A stretch of 64,000 nucleotides of DNA from Oligoflexales bacterium (GCA_045106415.1 JBGCEP010000004.1:32001-96000); one strand, 5' to 3'; numbered from the stretch's first letter, positions 8,944-19,584 are shown. A program made the numbers and translations. Notes: generated by a model from the letters alone, not told the origin.

Positions 8944-10966
8944 TACTTAAAGCATCTTGTTTTTCGATATTAAAAAAAGGTTTGTGATATAAACGAAAGA
9001 GACCGTCGTATGTTTGCATAGATCGAAGATGTTTTTTTATTGAATTTCTTTCATAAGATAATCCTTTTTGAATAGCAAAAGAAAGCATTTTGATAAGCTC
9101 ATAAGTATGAATAGTTGCGAAAGGAGCAGGTGTGACACGGTTCTGAGTTGAGAAGTGTCGTGTGTATTTTTTGAAGAAATCATAAGCTTTGGTGTTATGT
9201 TTTTTGTTGTCTGGCTTAATATATGTTTGAAGAAAGACAAGAGGAACATTTTTAAGTTCTTTTTGAACTTGTGTCCAAAATCTACCACCTAAAATACCCC
9301 AATGAGAAACGATAGGTATTGGTTTTTTAAGCTGAGTAATTTTTTTGATGAGATGAACTCCCTCAGGGGAATTCCCAATATAAATAATGACATCGGATGA
9401 TGAGTTCTCTAAATATTGAATGATTTGAGAGAAAGATGATTCGCCCCACTTAAACCAGTAGGGTTTAATGAGATTTATATTCTTAGATTTTGCTTCTTTT
9501 GATATAGCTGAAAAATTACCTCGACCCCACGGGGTATCTTCTAAGATTAAAGAAATATTTTCTCCGTGCTGAGTGGCCTCTTTTAATAGAGCTTTTCCTG
9601 CATATTCATCACGCACTGAAAATCGAAAGTGATATGGATTTTTTTTAGAGATGATATTTGAGGCAGCAGCCCAAGGAATTAGATAAGGAATTTTATTTTC
9701 TTGGACGAATTTTGCTTCTTTTAAAATGACAGGGCTGTGCATTCCTCCTAAAAGAGAAACAACGAGAGGGTCTTTTGACAGTTCTTTTATATTATGAATT
9801 CCATTAGCTGGAAACCCTCCGTGATCTCTAATGTCGAGAACTAATTTTTTTTTCAAAAAATCATCACCATGATTGATTTCACTAACAGCAAGTTCGGCTC
9901 CTCTTATAATAGCTAGAGCAGAGTCTTTTGCTTCTAGTGAGAAACTTATATTGACACCTATCGCAATATTATTTTCTAAAGATTTAATGATATCTGGATT
10001 AATTAAATCTTTAAAAGAATTTAAAAGATGTCTGTAGCGAAAATAAAGTCCAGACATTTTTTTAAAAATTGAAGCTTTAAATGTTTGATCCATGATTGAA
10101 ATATGAATGTTTTTTTCTTTCATTTTCTTAATAATAAGACGTTCGTTATCTAAAGAATCTTTTCTTTGAAAATCTTTAGATCGCAGAAGTGATTTTTCAA
10201 TAATATTTTTGATGTTCTTGGGAATGTCTTTAAAAAAAACATCACTCATAAGTGATATATATGCAATGTATCCGTGATTAGATAGAGATATGTGTTTGTG
10301 AGTTTCATATAGCTTCATAGCACTGAATGAGGACAATGAATTTTCTTGAATATCAAATTCATTACTTTTAAATGAACTGTGAAGAGAGTGAAAATCAATG
10401 AATTTTGGGAAAGCGTGAAGATGGATAACTTGTGATTTTAAAATATGACTTTGCATGACACGGAATATTTTTCCGCTAAAATCATTAATACCATGTAGAC
10501 GGGATTTAGAAATCATCTGCTTAAATCCTGATTCCCAATAAGAGACAGGAGATAAGCCATGTTTTAAAAGTTTTTGCGATATTTTTTTACCAAAAGGGCC
10601 ATCGAGTGCTGTGTGTATTTTTTTTCTGTTATTAAATAAGTAAGGTATATCTAATATTCTGATCTGAGGGGCAAGAGAGGTTATTTTTGATGTTGGTGTA
10701 ATAGAAATAGAGAGCTTTCCGTCTTGAACCATTTTTATCATCTGAACATCTGTACCTAATTCTTGATTAGGGTGAATTTTAACATGAATTTTATTATGAG
10801 AATCTCTTTCGACTATTTCTTTGAAGTAAGTAGCTCCTCGATGTATTGAGCTATTTACAGGCATATTGTGTCCAAGGCTTATTTGATAAACTTTATCGTT
10901 TAATGAAATTTTGTAGACAGTAGCACAAAGAACGAAAAAGCATAAATAAAATGGAATTTTATTCAT
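8888..10966 (-). CDS. Fusion of a TRAP DctP solute-binding domain and a type I (LivJ-like) periplasmic binding domain
   Basis: N-half IHPNQELG, WESGFKQ, FRVMQS, QENS, SNHGY (DctP); C-half GAELAVSEIN, GGMHSPV, PWAAA, FRFSVRD, SHWGI. Confidence 0.85.
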   Translation of the reverse strand: MNKIPFYLCFFVLCATVYKISLNDKVYQISLGHNMPVNSSIHRGATYFKEIVERDSHNKIHVKIHPNQELGTDVQMIKMVQDGKLSISITPTSKITSLAPQIRILDIPYLFNNRKKIHTALDGPFGKKISQKLLKHGLSPVSYWESGFKQMISKSRLHGINDFSGKIFRVMQSHILKSQVIHLHAFPKFIDFHSLHSSFKSNEFDIQENSLSSFSAMKLYETHKHISLSNHGYIAYISLMSDVFFKDIPKNIKNIIEKSLLRSKDFQRKDSLDNERLIIKKMKEKNIHISIMDQTFKASIFKKMSGLYFRYRHLLNSFKDLINPDIIKSLENNIAIGVNISFSLEAKDSALAIIRGAELAVSEINHGDDFLKKKLVLDIRDHGGFPANGIHNIKELSKDPLVVSLLGGMHSPVILKEAKFVQENKIPYLIPWAAASNIISKKNPYHFRFSVRDEYAGKALLKEATQHGENISLILEDTPWGRGNFSAISKEAKSKNINLIKPYWFKWGESSFSQIIQYLENSSSDVIIYIGNSPEGVHLIKKITQLKKPIPIVSHWGILGGRFWTQVQKELKNVPLVFLQTYIKPDNKKHNTKAYDFFKKYTRHFSTQNRVTPAPFATIHTYELIKMLSFAIQKGLSYERNSIKKHLRSMQTYDGLFRLYHKPFFNIEKQDALSSEDINFAKFSKNGDIVGK

Positions 10967-11251
10967 AAGGCCACCTAGTATAAAAAGATCTAGTTACAGA
11001 TAAGGTATCTTTCGGTTTTATTTTGGATAAAATTTACCATTCTAATAATGGTCTTGCGATTAAAAATTGGTTTTCAAATCATTTTATTTATAGAGGTAAG
11101 TCAAAGATGTTGGGGTTATTGATTTTTATCATGTTGTTTTTTTAAAAGATTTAATAATTTTTTTGTATTTTTTAAATAAGATTCCCCCTTCAATTTTTCT
11201 TTCTGTCTTACGTGTTAGCGCTATTGCTCCGATAAGCTAAATAAAGTATTC

Positions 11252-13216
11252 GTGATAGGTTGTTCAGTGGTACCACAGGTGCATTTTTCGCAGTCTTTAA
11301 CATTTAAGCTGTTTCTATTAATGGCTTGTACCTTACTTGGTACTGTTGCTGTTATTACTTATAGAAATGCTGTTGAATTTCAGAATATTTTATGGGGGCA
11401 GCTCAGTGATAAAGCACAAACAGATAGTGAAACAGCTCTTAATTCGATTTCAAGCCAAGTCGATTTTTGGAAAGGTCATGTTCAGCAAATAGTAAAAGAA
11501 GCTGTTCAAACACGAAGATATTCAGCCCCAGCGGCAAAAGCTTTGATTAAAGCTTCTTCAGATATTGTATCTTTTCATCTTTTAGAAGAGAAAAATAAAA
11601 ATGTAAAAACCTTCACTTTTTTATTCACAGACAATAAAAATCAGAATCAGTTTGAAGATAAAGACCCAGATAAAATTGAAAAAATTATACGTTATGACAA
11701 CCAACTGTGGGTAAGAAAATCCTCAAAGGCTAAAAAATTAAAACAAATTTATTTAGTCAATGCTTCAACACGTCCTAAGCTTGGACTATTGAGGATAGCT
11801 GTTCCCGCAGTTGTGGGGAAGAAGAGAGTATGGGGAATTCTCACGGTCTGGCAAAGACCTTTGGCGTCGAGTTTACCAGTAAGTAAACAAACGGAAGCAT
11901 ATGTGATTAATAAGCGCGGAAGGCTGCTCGTCTCACAAGGAAGAAATATATTAAAACCGAAATCACTCCTAAAAGATGGTGTGACTCGTCTTGCTTTAAA
12001 AAGTTCTTCAAATGCAGGAATTTTCCGTGAAAAAAGAAAAGGCAGTAACATTTTAGCAGCCTATGCACGAGACGATGCACTTGGTTTTTCCGTTATCTTG
12101 AAAAGAGACCCTTCTTCAGGTATTGAGCAAATTAATCGAGAGCTTATGAGAACTTTACTTATGACTTCATTTGCTTTTTTAATCGCTATTTTTATAACAT
12201 GGGTTTTTGCAGACCAGCTCACAAGAAATTTGAGAATTTTAGTCGATTTAACCCAATTAATTGCATCAGGAAATTTTCAAGCGAGAGTGCCAGCAACCTC
12301 GAAGGATGAGGTTGCTGTGTTAGGAAACTCTATTAATAATATGTCGTCACGGATTGAAGAGCTTATGTCGGCTCAAATGGAGGCTGTGAGACAAGAAAAA
12401 GAGTTAGAAACAGCAAAAATGGTGCAAGAAACACTTTTCCCTAAAGAGAATATTAATCACGTATCTATTCGATTGACGGGTTGCTATGAACCAGCATCTG
12501 AATGTGGTGGTGATTGGTGGGGGCATTTTCAAACACAGAGCGGATTGCAGTTTTTTTGTGTAGCAGATGCGACGGGTCACGGGGTTGCTGCTGCTATTGT
12601 CACTGCATTAGCATTTTCATCTTGTATGACATTTGCTGAAGCTTGGTCTGAACAATATGCTGAAGATCCCGCTAAAATGCTGGAAAAAATGAATGAAGTT
12701 ATGTGGAGTGCGGGACGAGGAGTCACGACAATGACTTTTTTTGCTGCTTTTCTTAATCCTGAAACAAAAACACTAACTTTTGCAAACGCTGGACATAACC
12801 ATCCTTTTTTAATGCCTAAGTATGATACAGACCCTCGTTTGAATTCGAATAAAAAAGTAAAACCAAGAAGTTTAGTTTTACAAGCTAGAGGTATCCCTTT
12901 AGGTTTAGGTCCTAATGCATCATATAAAAACAAAGCTATTGAATGTGTGAATGATGACAAGATTTTTCTTTATACAGATGGTCTTATTGAATGTACAAAC
13001 CACCAAGGTGAAATGTATGGCAAAAGAAAAATGATGAAAAAAGTAGAGTCTCTTGTGGATCAGGACATTGATACAATTCGAGAGATAGCTCTAGAAGACG
13101 CAATGAACTTCTTTGAAGGCTACCCACAGGATGACGATATTACAGTTGTCGTTGCAGATATTATGCCAACAACGCCACTGAAAAAAGTGCAAATCGAAGG
13201 TGAGATGGATTCATGA
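11252..13216 (+). CDS. Membrane PP2C/SpoIIE-family phosphatase with Cache-like and HAMP domains; start possibly GTG 11267
   Basis: Two TMs, HAMP (SKDEVAVLGNSINNM), GGDWW, ADATGHG, NAGH, YTDGL, DDIT. Confidence 0.9.
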   Translation: MIGCSVVPQVHFSQSLTFKLFLLMACTLLGTVAVITYRNAVEFQNILWGQLSDKAQTDSETALNSISSQVDFWKGHVQQIVKEAVQTRRYSAPAAKALIKASSDIVSFHLLEEKNKNVKTFTFLFTDNKNQNQFEDKDPDKIEKIIRYDNQLWVRKSSKAKKLKQIYLVNASTRPKLGLLRIAVPAVVGKKRVWGILTVWQRPLASSLPVSKQTEAYVINKRGRLLVSQGRNILKPKSLLKDGVTRLALKSSSNAGIFREKRKGSNILAAYARDDALGFSVILKRDPSSGIEQINRELMRTLLMTSFAFLIAIFITWVFADQLTRNLRILVDLTQLIASGNFQARVPATSKDEVAVLGNSINNMSSRIEELMSAQMEAVRQEKELETAKMVQETLFPKENINHVSIRLTGCYEPASECGGDWWGHFQTQSGLQFFCVADATGHGVAAAIVTALAFSSCMTFAEAWSEQYAEDPAKMLEKMNEVMWSAGRGVTTMTFFAAFLNPETKTLTFANAGHNHPFLMPKYDTDPRLNSNKKVKPRSLVLQARGIPLGLGPNASYKNKAIECVNDDKIFLYTDGLIECTNHQGEMYGKRKMMKKVESLVDQDIDTIREIALEDAMNFFEGYPQDDDITVVVADIMPTTPLKKVQIEGEMDS

Positions 13217-14721
13217 TAATAAAGTACTTCCTGCTTGTTTTATGGCTTGCTTTGATTGGTGTCAATATTTTGGCGTGGCAAAAAGTAGACTGGTTTTTTG
13301 ATCGTCATAAAGAACATAAGGCAATTTTAATGAAAGTGGATGGTCAAGTGAAATCCCGACCAAAAGATCTGACGATATGGAGAACTGCAGGAAAAGGTAG
13401 AAAGTTTTATGGAGAAGAAATCTTAGCGACTGAGAAAGATTCAACCGCTGTATTAGTGTTTCAAGGTGGAAGATCTATTGAGCTCGGCTCCAATAGCCAG
13501 CTGGCTATTGGGCAAAGTGAAGCTTCACCTTCTTCATCAGATACAGCTATGACCATTACTCTTCTTAAAGGAAATGCAAAAGTTGAAAATAAACCGACAA
13601 AAGACAGTGAAAATAAACCCCTTGAAGTTCAATCTGGGGATGTAGCGATTGAGCTTGATCAAAAAAATAGCTCAGTTATTCAATTGTCTAAAAGTGTGAA
13701 AAAAGAAACAGCAGATGTTTTTGTTGCTTCAGGATCTGCAAATCTTATTAATGTTACAACAGGTGAAGTCTCTAAAATTAATAAAAAAACACACTCAAAA
13801 CCAATAGAGCCAGAAATTGAAGAGCCCTCTGCTATAATCTCGTCACTGCCTAAAGTCTCAATCATATGGCCTCAAAACAGAATGTCGTTGTGGACGACTC
13901 GACCATTGAACGGCCAGAAGGGTTTTCTGCCTGTGAGAGTTGCGCTGCAAGGAGGAGGACCTTCTCAAGAGTGGGAAGCTTTTGTTTTGTTAGGACGTCA
14001 ATCTTATCCGGTTCAAAATGGCCAAGCCAAAATTCCAGTGAATTTTTTAAAAAATGCAAATACAACAACCTTAGGTTATCGTATTCAACTGCAGGTTGGT
14101 GCGCGGTTCCGCAAACCTTTATATCAAACTCAATCAGGACGGAAAGAAAAAATAGAGAGAAATATTGTTTCATTTGAAATTCGATCTCTTTTAGCGTTGC
14201 CTCCTAAAGTTCGCATATCACTGCCTCGTATTCAGCAGACACCCATTATGGAATCAGGATGGTTTTTACAAAAAGGAAAAAAATCACATAATCTGATTGT
14301 GAATATTTACTCCCATCAGGATATAGTTAAAATGGCACCTGTTTTAAATGCAGCAAAATATTTTCATATTGTTTCTACTCCTCCAGAGCCAAATGGAAAA
14401 GAGATGTATCTGAGTCGAGGAGGACAAATTATTGCTTCAGCTCAAGGCGTCAAAAACACACAGGACTTAAGGACACTTAAATCAGTATTAAATGCTGACG
14501 TTGTTTTTTATGGCCCTGCATCAGCTCTCCATCCTTTAACGTTTGATCAAAAAGGTTTGCAGATATTGAGGTCGAGAGAGCAAGTGTATGTTTCTTCTCA
14601 AGGAAGAATGAGCCCTGTCAAGACAGAGGTGCTTCTGGAGGATGCGGCTGCTAGAAATTTCGTTCTACAATCCGCAGACGGTGTGTTCCTTCAGCCTGTA
14701 CAAGTTTTGGAGGTTCGTTAA
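13213..14721 (+). CDS. FecR-domain membrane-anchored protein
   Basis: N-terminal TM; FecR-like GEEILATEKDSTAVLVFQGGRSIELGSNSQL ... LLKG; ATGA overlap with upstream gene. Confidence 0.7.
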   Translation: MIIKYFLLVLWLALIGVNILAWQKVDWFFDRHKEHKAILMKVDGQVKSRPKDLTIWRTAGKGRKFYGEEILATEKDSTAVLVFQGGRSIELGSNSQLAIGQSEASPSSSDTAMTITLLKGNAKVENKPTKDSENKPLEVQSGDVAIELDQKNSSVIQLSKSVKKETADVFVASGSANLINVTTGEVSKINKKTHSKPIEPEIEEPSAIISSLPKVSIIWPQNRMSLWTTRPLNGQKGFLPVRVALQGGGPSQEWEAFVLLGRQSYPVQNGQAKIPVNFLKNANTTTLGYRIQLQVGARFRKPLYQTQSGRKEKIERNIVSFEIRSLLALPPKVRISLPRIQQTPIMESGWFLQKGKKSHNLIVNIYSHQDIVKMAPVLNAAKYFHIVSTPPEPNGKEMYLSRGGQIIASAQGVKNTQDLRTLKSVLNADVVFYGPASALHPLTFDQKGLQILRSREQVYVSSQGRMSPVKTEVLLEDAAARNFVLQSADGVFLQPVQVLEVR

Positions 14722-14722
14722 T

Positions 14723-16240
14723 TTGAAATTTTTAAGGTTTGCTGTTTTTTTACTTTGGAGCATATCTGCTTATGGCGAGCATGTCGCGATACAGTGGCGA
14801 TGGAGCGATCCTTCTGATACCCCAAAAAAAGTAGAAGACAAAAGTGAATTTAAAAATCAATGGAAAGATACTTGCGCGACTCTTGGTAATTTTTTGAGAC
14901 CAGGACAAGGACCTTATGGTTGGGGGATTTTTTCTTCTTATACTTGCTTTATCAATAAAAAATATCAAAATGGAAAAAAGAAATTTAAAACACCTTGGCT
15001 TTTAGAGTTCTTACAAAGTTCCGATGAAATTGTGATTTCGCTTTATTATCAAGGTCAAAGTTCTTCTTTTTTACCACTTAATAATAAAAAACCGCTCTCT
15101 GTTGTTCGTCTAGAAAATTTTGATGGGATTGTTTCGATTTTAGGATCAAAAAAGTTAATACCTCTTCTTTTGGCAAATCTATGGGATCAGGCTCCTTTTG
15201 TTCGTAAAATTAAAGCAAGAAAAAGAAAGTATGAAAAAATATCAGGACCAAAGCCACCTCGTGTGGATCCTTTTCCTTTACCACCTGTGCCTGAAAAAAT
15301 AACTTTATATAGAATGAAAAAAAAGAAAGAAAAAGATGTTTATTGGGTAGGAACCCCTATTGCAGAAGGAGTATCTGATGCTTCCAATGTGACTTATTTA
15401 CACTCTGGGGTTTATGTAGGGCAACCCACTTGGGAGTTTGCTGAGCCGGTTGAAGCTTTAGAGGATTTATGGGTGCACAATTCTTTTGGAGCACTTTCAA
15501 TGCAAAAAGAGTTGAATAAACGTTTAAAAGACGCCATAAATTTAATTCAAGATATCGGTCTTTTAGGGGCGATAGCAGATGCTTTGTCCATGAGCGTATC
15601 AAGTGGGTATTTTGGTTTTCGTTATGGACAATCTATGGTGACGCAACAGTTCTTTGAAAACAATATGTCTATTATGAGTTTGTTGCTTGAAGTCAGGGCG
15701 GGTCCATTACAAGGTCTAAGATTTTATGCTGATTCTTGGCCAAGCTTTTCCCTTCCTACTGGTGTTGAATTTGGAGGAAATCGGCAAGTTCTTGGGTGGG
15801 CTTTTGGTACAGATGTCGGTCCTTTTTATATGGATTTAACTCCCACTTTTGGACGCTGGAGTGTACACATGGCAATACCTGTAGATGAATCTGTCTTACC
15901 TTTTGATCTTAAACAAGCACTAAGTGTAGGGATAGAAATGGGAACCGAATTGCAATTTGAGGATCATTTGTATCGCTTTGGTTATAGCAAGGCCTATTCA
16001 ATTCCACAGAGCAATCAGAAAACAGAGGTTTCTACGGCAAGATATGCTTTTGATTCGTTTCATAAAATTGGCCTTTTTGATCATGTTGAATCTTCTCTAC
16101 TTTTATTTTTAATCGTGGAGTTTGCCTCTTTTAAAGATTCAACAGAGCAAGACCCTGACTCGTTTGATATTACAGAGCGAATTGAAGACATAAGTTTTCC
16201 TTTTGCGTTTTCAGGCATAGGAGTTACATTTTCATGGTAG
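14723..16240 (+). CDS. Secreted protein with probable C-terminal outer-membrane beta-barrel
   Basis: TTG start 14723 with GGAGG RBS, signal peptide MKFLRFAVFLLWSISAYG; ends SGIGVTFSW (beta-signal-like). Confidence 0.65.
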   Translation: MKFLRFAVFLLWSISAYGEHVAIQWRWSDPSDTPKKVEDKSEFKNQWKDTCATLGNFLRPGQGPYGWGIFSSYTCFINKKYQNGKKKFKTPWLLEFLQSSDEIVISLYYQGQSSSFLPLNNKKPLSVVRLENFDGIVSILGSKKLIPLLLANLWDQAPFVRKIKARKRKYEKISGPKPPRVDPFPLPPVPEKITLYRMKKKKEKDVYWVGTPIAEGVSDASNVTYLHSGVYVGQPTWEFAEPVEALEDLWVHNSFGALSMQKELNKRLKDAINLIQDIGLLGAIADALSMSVSSGYFGFRYGQSMVTQQFFENNMSIMSLLLEVRAGPLQGLRFYADSWPSFSLPTGVEFGGNRQVLGWAFGTDVGPFYMDLTPTFGRWSVHMAIPVDESVLPFDLKQALSVGIEMGTELQFEDHLYRFGYSKAYSIPQSNQKTEVSTARYAFDSFHKIGLFDHVESSLLLFLIVEFASFKDSTEQDPDSFDITERIEDISFPFAFSGIGVTFSW

Positions 16241-16953
16241 CGATGAAATGGGTTCTCCTTAATCTTTTGTTTTGTAATATATTGTTAGGATCATCTGAAA
16301 TTATAGATATTTTAGATAAAAAAACAGAACGTATTCTTCAAAAAGGGAAAGTTTTTTTTCCAAGAAATGTATCTATTGTGAGAATGAAGAAGAAAAGAAT
16401 ATACGGGGTGTCTTTAAAAAAGATTGAGCAAATGAAAGGCGTCCATATTTTTGATGGAGAAACGTTAAATTGGTCTTGGCTTATGAATGGCTTGCGTTAT
16501 CAAAAAATGGATGAGAAGAAGTCCTATCATAATGTTTTTGAGTTGACTCATGCAGACGCTTTATTGTCTTCTCATAACAAAAAATGGGATGTGGTTGTTG
16601 CAGATAACAAAGAAATAAAGAAAATTTATCAGTCAGAAAAACCTAAAAAGATAGATAGGTATTCTTTAAAGTCCTGGCTCACGAAAGCATTTGGATATAA
16701 TGCTATGATGATTGCTCATCATAATAAATTTTATTATATAAAAGGTTTTGATTCTTTGAAAAAAGGGGATCAAGGAGTTGTTTTTAAAGAAAGTTCCGAT
16801 GTTAGAGTCGTTACAGATGAAGAAATTGTTGGAATTATAGAAATTTCTCACACGATCGGTCAATATGGTGTCGGGAAGGTAGTACTTGGGGAGTTTTTAG
16901 GTCTTGCTGAGGGAACTAAATTAAAAATAATCTCGAAAACAAAGCTAAACTAG
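16234..16953 (+). CDS. Secreted hypothetical protein with possible FlgT_C-like C-terminal domain
   Basis: Signal peptide; LKKGDQGVVF...EEIVGIIEISH...GVGKVVLG pattern. Confidence 0.55.
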   Translation: MVAMKWVLLNLLFCNILLGSSEIIDILDKKTERILQKGKVFFPRNVSIVRMKKKRIYGVSLKKIEQMKGVHIFDGETLNWSWLMNGLRYQKMDEKKSYHNVFELTHADALLSSHNKKWDVVVADNKEIKKIYQSEKPKKIDRYSLKSWLTKAFGYNAMMIAHHNKFYYIKGFDSLKKGDQGVVFKESSDVRVVTDEEIVGIIEISHTIGQYGVGKVVLGEFLGLAEGTKLKIISKTKLN

Positions 16954-17014
16954 AGATGAGTTATGAAAATGTGGGTTGTCTAATTTTTTGTTTTATAGTG
17001 AAAATTGAGAGCGA

Positions 17015-17584
17015 TTAAAACCCACTTATTTTCGAACTTTGAAATTGAAATGAAAGCTCTAAAGTGTCTTTAACATTTGCGATAAGACCACCGGCGACAG
17101 AGGGTGGCTCAAGACCTAAGTTTGTAAATGTCGTTTGTAGAGTGCCGTTAAATATATAGTTTGTTTCTTTTTTTGATAGTGTGACATCAAAAATGACATC
17201 GAATTGCTTATTGTTGATTTGTAGTGTTCCTGAGATTTTACTGGTTTCTTGTTTAAGAAAATGATCCCGTTTAATAGGAGCTGATATAAATATGAGGTCT
17301 TCTTGATTTTTTCCGCCAAGAAGATCAAAAACAGCGACGTCCCGGTCTTCTTCTCCACTATCAAAATTTTTAATGGGAAAGATGCCTGTTAAAACGATAG
17401 TGTCTTTTTTTGTAGTGACTGTTGTGGTAATAGAGCAGTTTTTCCCAGCGGGTTCTAAGGCTCGAAAGAGAAACATTGTTTTTTGAGTTTTCCATGAAAC
17501 ACAATGATCACCTTTTTGATAGAGTCCCTCTGCAAAAAGAAAAGAAGGTAAAGCTAAAGATGCAATTAAATATAACAACTTCAT
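17015..17584 (-). CDS. YceI-family periplasmic lipid/polyisoprenoid-binding protein
   Basis: Signal peptide; FDSGEEDRD, ISGTLQIN, LGLEPP motifs. Confidence 0.75.
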   Translation of the reverse strand: MKLLYLIASLALPSFLFAEGLYQKGDHCVSWKTQKTMFLFRALEPAGKNCSITTTVTTKKDTIVLTGIFPIKNFDSGEEDRDVAVFDLLGGKNQEDLIFISAPIKRDHFLKQETSKISGTLQINNKQFDVIFDVTLSKKETNYIFNGTLQTTFTNLGLEPPSVAGGLIANVKDTLELSFQFQSSKISGF

Positions 17585-17608
17585 GAAAACCTCAAAAAGA
17601 AAACGATA

Positions 17609-18934
17609 TTAACGTTTAAGGTTGATAACTTCTTCAACCATTGTATCTGTTGTTGTGATCGAACGCGAATTCGCTTGAAAGAGACGTTGTGTCATGATCA
17701 TTTGAACAAATTCTTCAGCTAAGTCAACGTTTGACTCTTCAAGAGAAGAAGCAAATAATGCTCCTCGAGTACCAGTTTCAGGCATGCCAATGTTTGGGGG
17801 CCCTGCTTCTGGTCCACCTTGAAACCGGTTTTTCCCAGCTTTTTCAAGAGCGTCTTGGTTTGCAAACGTAGCTAAAGCGATTCCTGAAAGAGTCCGTTGA
17901 ATACCGTTTGTGTAAACACCGGTTACCATTCCATCTCTGCCGATTCGCAAAGATTTTAACCCACCAGACTCATAGCCGTCTTGAGTGTGTGAGACCGTAA
18001 CTGATTTTCCAGCGATTGAGGTTGATGAATTTAATCCGCTTCCTCCTTCTTCGAGGATATTGACGCCAAAGTCGAAATTAATGATTTGATCAGGAAAGGC
18101 CCCATTGTTGAAGTTAACAGAAGACTCTTCTGTTATTTCTTCTTCTAAAAGGCCAAGTCTATCGAATTTAATACTTCCGTTGGCAATTTCCTTGAAGTTT
18201 CCGTCGCTATTAGGGTCTGCAACTTCTGAGTTGTCCACAACAGCTCGCCATTCCCATTCTGTGCCTTCTTCATCAGCGTTGATTTTACGAAAAAATGTTG
18301 TCACTTGATGGCCGCGGCCATGAGAGTCAAAGACAGATACTGATGTTGAAAAATTTGATGTTAACTCTGGGTTTTCAATATCAAAATCACCTTCAACAAG
18401 TTTCGCGCGAGAGTCTAATTGAACATTCATATTTAGGGTGTCAGTTGCTCTTGGAGGAATACTGTTTGTTGCGATTTGAATATCTGTGAGTCGAGATGAA
18501 AGAGTTCCGTCAATATCAGCCATGTAGCCTTGGATTCTGTTGCCGTATGGGTCAGCAAAAAATCCATCTTTATCAAAATGGAGGTTTCCCACTCGAGTGT
18601 AAAATTTACCAGCCGACTGTTGAGCATCTTCGTTCGCGCCAGAAACAATAAAAAAGCCTTGCCCTTGAATAGCGACGTCCGTCAAATTACTGGTGACCTG
18701 CATCCCACCTTGTGTGTGTAGGGTTTTAACATTTGCTAATCGTGCTCCACGCCCAATTTGCGCTGGGCCAGCGCCACTGTTTAAGTCCATTGACAACATG
18801 TCTTCAAATTCTGCTCGATCTTTCTTGAAGCCTTTAGCACTTGCATTTGCAATGTTGTTGGCAATAACAGACATGCCGTCTGAGTTGACTGTGAGTCCTG
18901 TGACCCCAGTGTGAAGAGCTTGTGTTACACCCAT
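17609..18934 (-). CDS. flgE: Flagellar hook protein
   Basis: IANNIANA..GFK, DVAIQGQGFF, YTRVG, LEESNVDLAEEFVQMIMTQR.FQANSRSITT. Confidence 0.96.
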   Translation of the reverse strand: MGVTQALHTGVTGLTVNSDGMSVIANNIANASAKGFKKDRAEFEDMLSMDLNSGAGPAQIGRGARLANVKTLHTQGGMQVTSNLTDVAIQGQGFFIVSGANEDAQQSAGKFYTRVGNLHFDKDGFFADPYGNRIQGYMADIDGTLSSRLTDIQIATNSIPPRATDTLNMNVQLDSRAKLVEGDFDIENPELTSNFSTSVSVFDSHGRGHQVTTFFRKINADEEGTEWEWRAVVDNSEVADPNSDGNFKEIANGSIKFDRLGLLEEEITEESSVNFNNGAFPDQIINFDFGVNILEEGGSGLNSSTSIAGKSVTVSHTQDGYESGGLKSLRIGRDGMVTGVYTNGIQRTLSGIALATFANQDALEKAGKNRFQGGPEAGPPNIGMPETGTRGALFASSLEESNVDLAEEFVQMIMTQRLFQANSRSITTTDTMVEEVINLKR

Positions 18935-19065
18935 GCTTATCTCCCATATATCGTCTCTATAGTGAGATTAGCGTGGTTTTAAGATGTAGCGTAAATGTTG
19001 CAGATTTTCATGAATTGTAGAGTCGAGAAATTTTGATTTTTTGCTTTTCTACGAAAAGAACAAGG

Positions 19066-19581
19066 CTAAGTCATTATTTTTAGGCGTGGGGCATTGTTAT
19101 CTTTCTGGTTAGTTTGTGTTTTTTGTCCAGGAGAATTTTGACCACCTGGTTGCCCGGAGATGAATTTTTGGTATTCTTCTGGTTGAAGTTTGGGAGAAGG
19201 AACCCCATCCTCTCTAGGGTTTTCTATGACGTCTTTCCATGCAACTAATAGAGTTTGAAGTAGGGACTCAACATGTTCGAGGCATTCACGGCGATTGTGA
19301 ATATTACCTTCGATCAATTTATCAATCATGAAAACGTAGAGATTTTCGAGGTCAACAGCAAGATCACCACCTACTTTAAAATCAAGTGTGGCCATAAGCT
19401 CAGAGACAATGGCAGTTGCTTTGCTTATATACATACCTTTATCGGCAATGCGCTTTTCATCGAGGGCTGTGCATGCTTGCTTTATGAAGCGAATGGCTCC
19501 TTCATAGAGCATAATAAGGACTTTTTCACGGCTGGCGGTTGTGACCGCAGTCTTTTGGTATTGCTGGTATGGATTGCTCAT
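19066..19581 (-). CDS. fliS: Flagellin export chaperone
   Basis: YQQY..TAVTTAS.EKVLIMLYEGAI, L..LY.FM, AW. Confidence 0.93.
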   Translation of the reverse strand: MSNPYQQYQKTAVTTASREKVLIMLYEGAIRFIKQACTALDEKRIADKGMYISKATAIVSELMATLDFKVGGDLAVDLENLYVFMIDKLIEGNIHNRRECLEHVESLLQTLLVAWKDVIENPREDGVPSPKLQPEEYQKFISGQPGGQNSPGQKTQTNQKDNNAPRLKIMT

Positions 19582-19584
19582 GAT

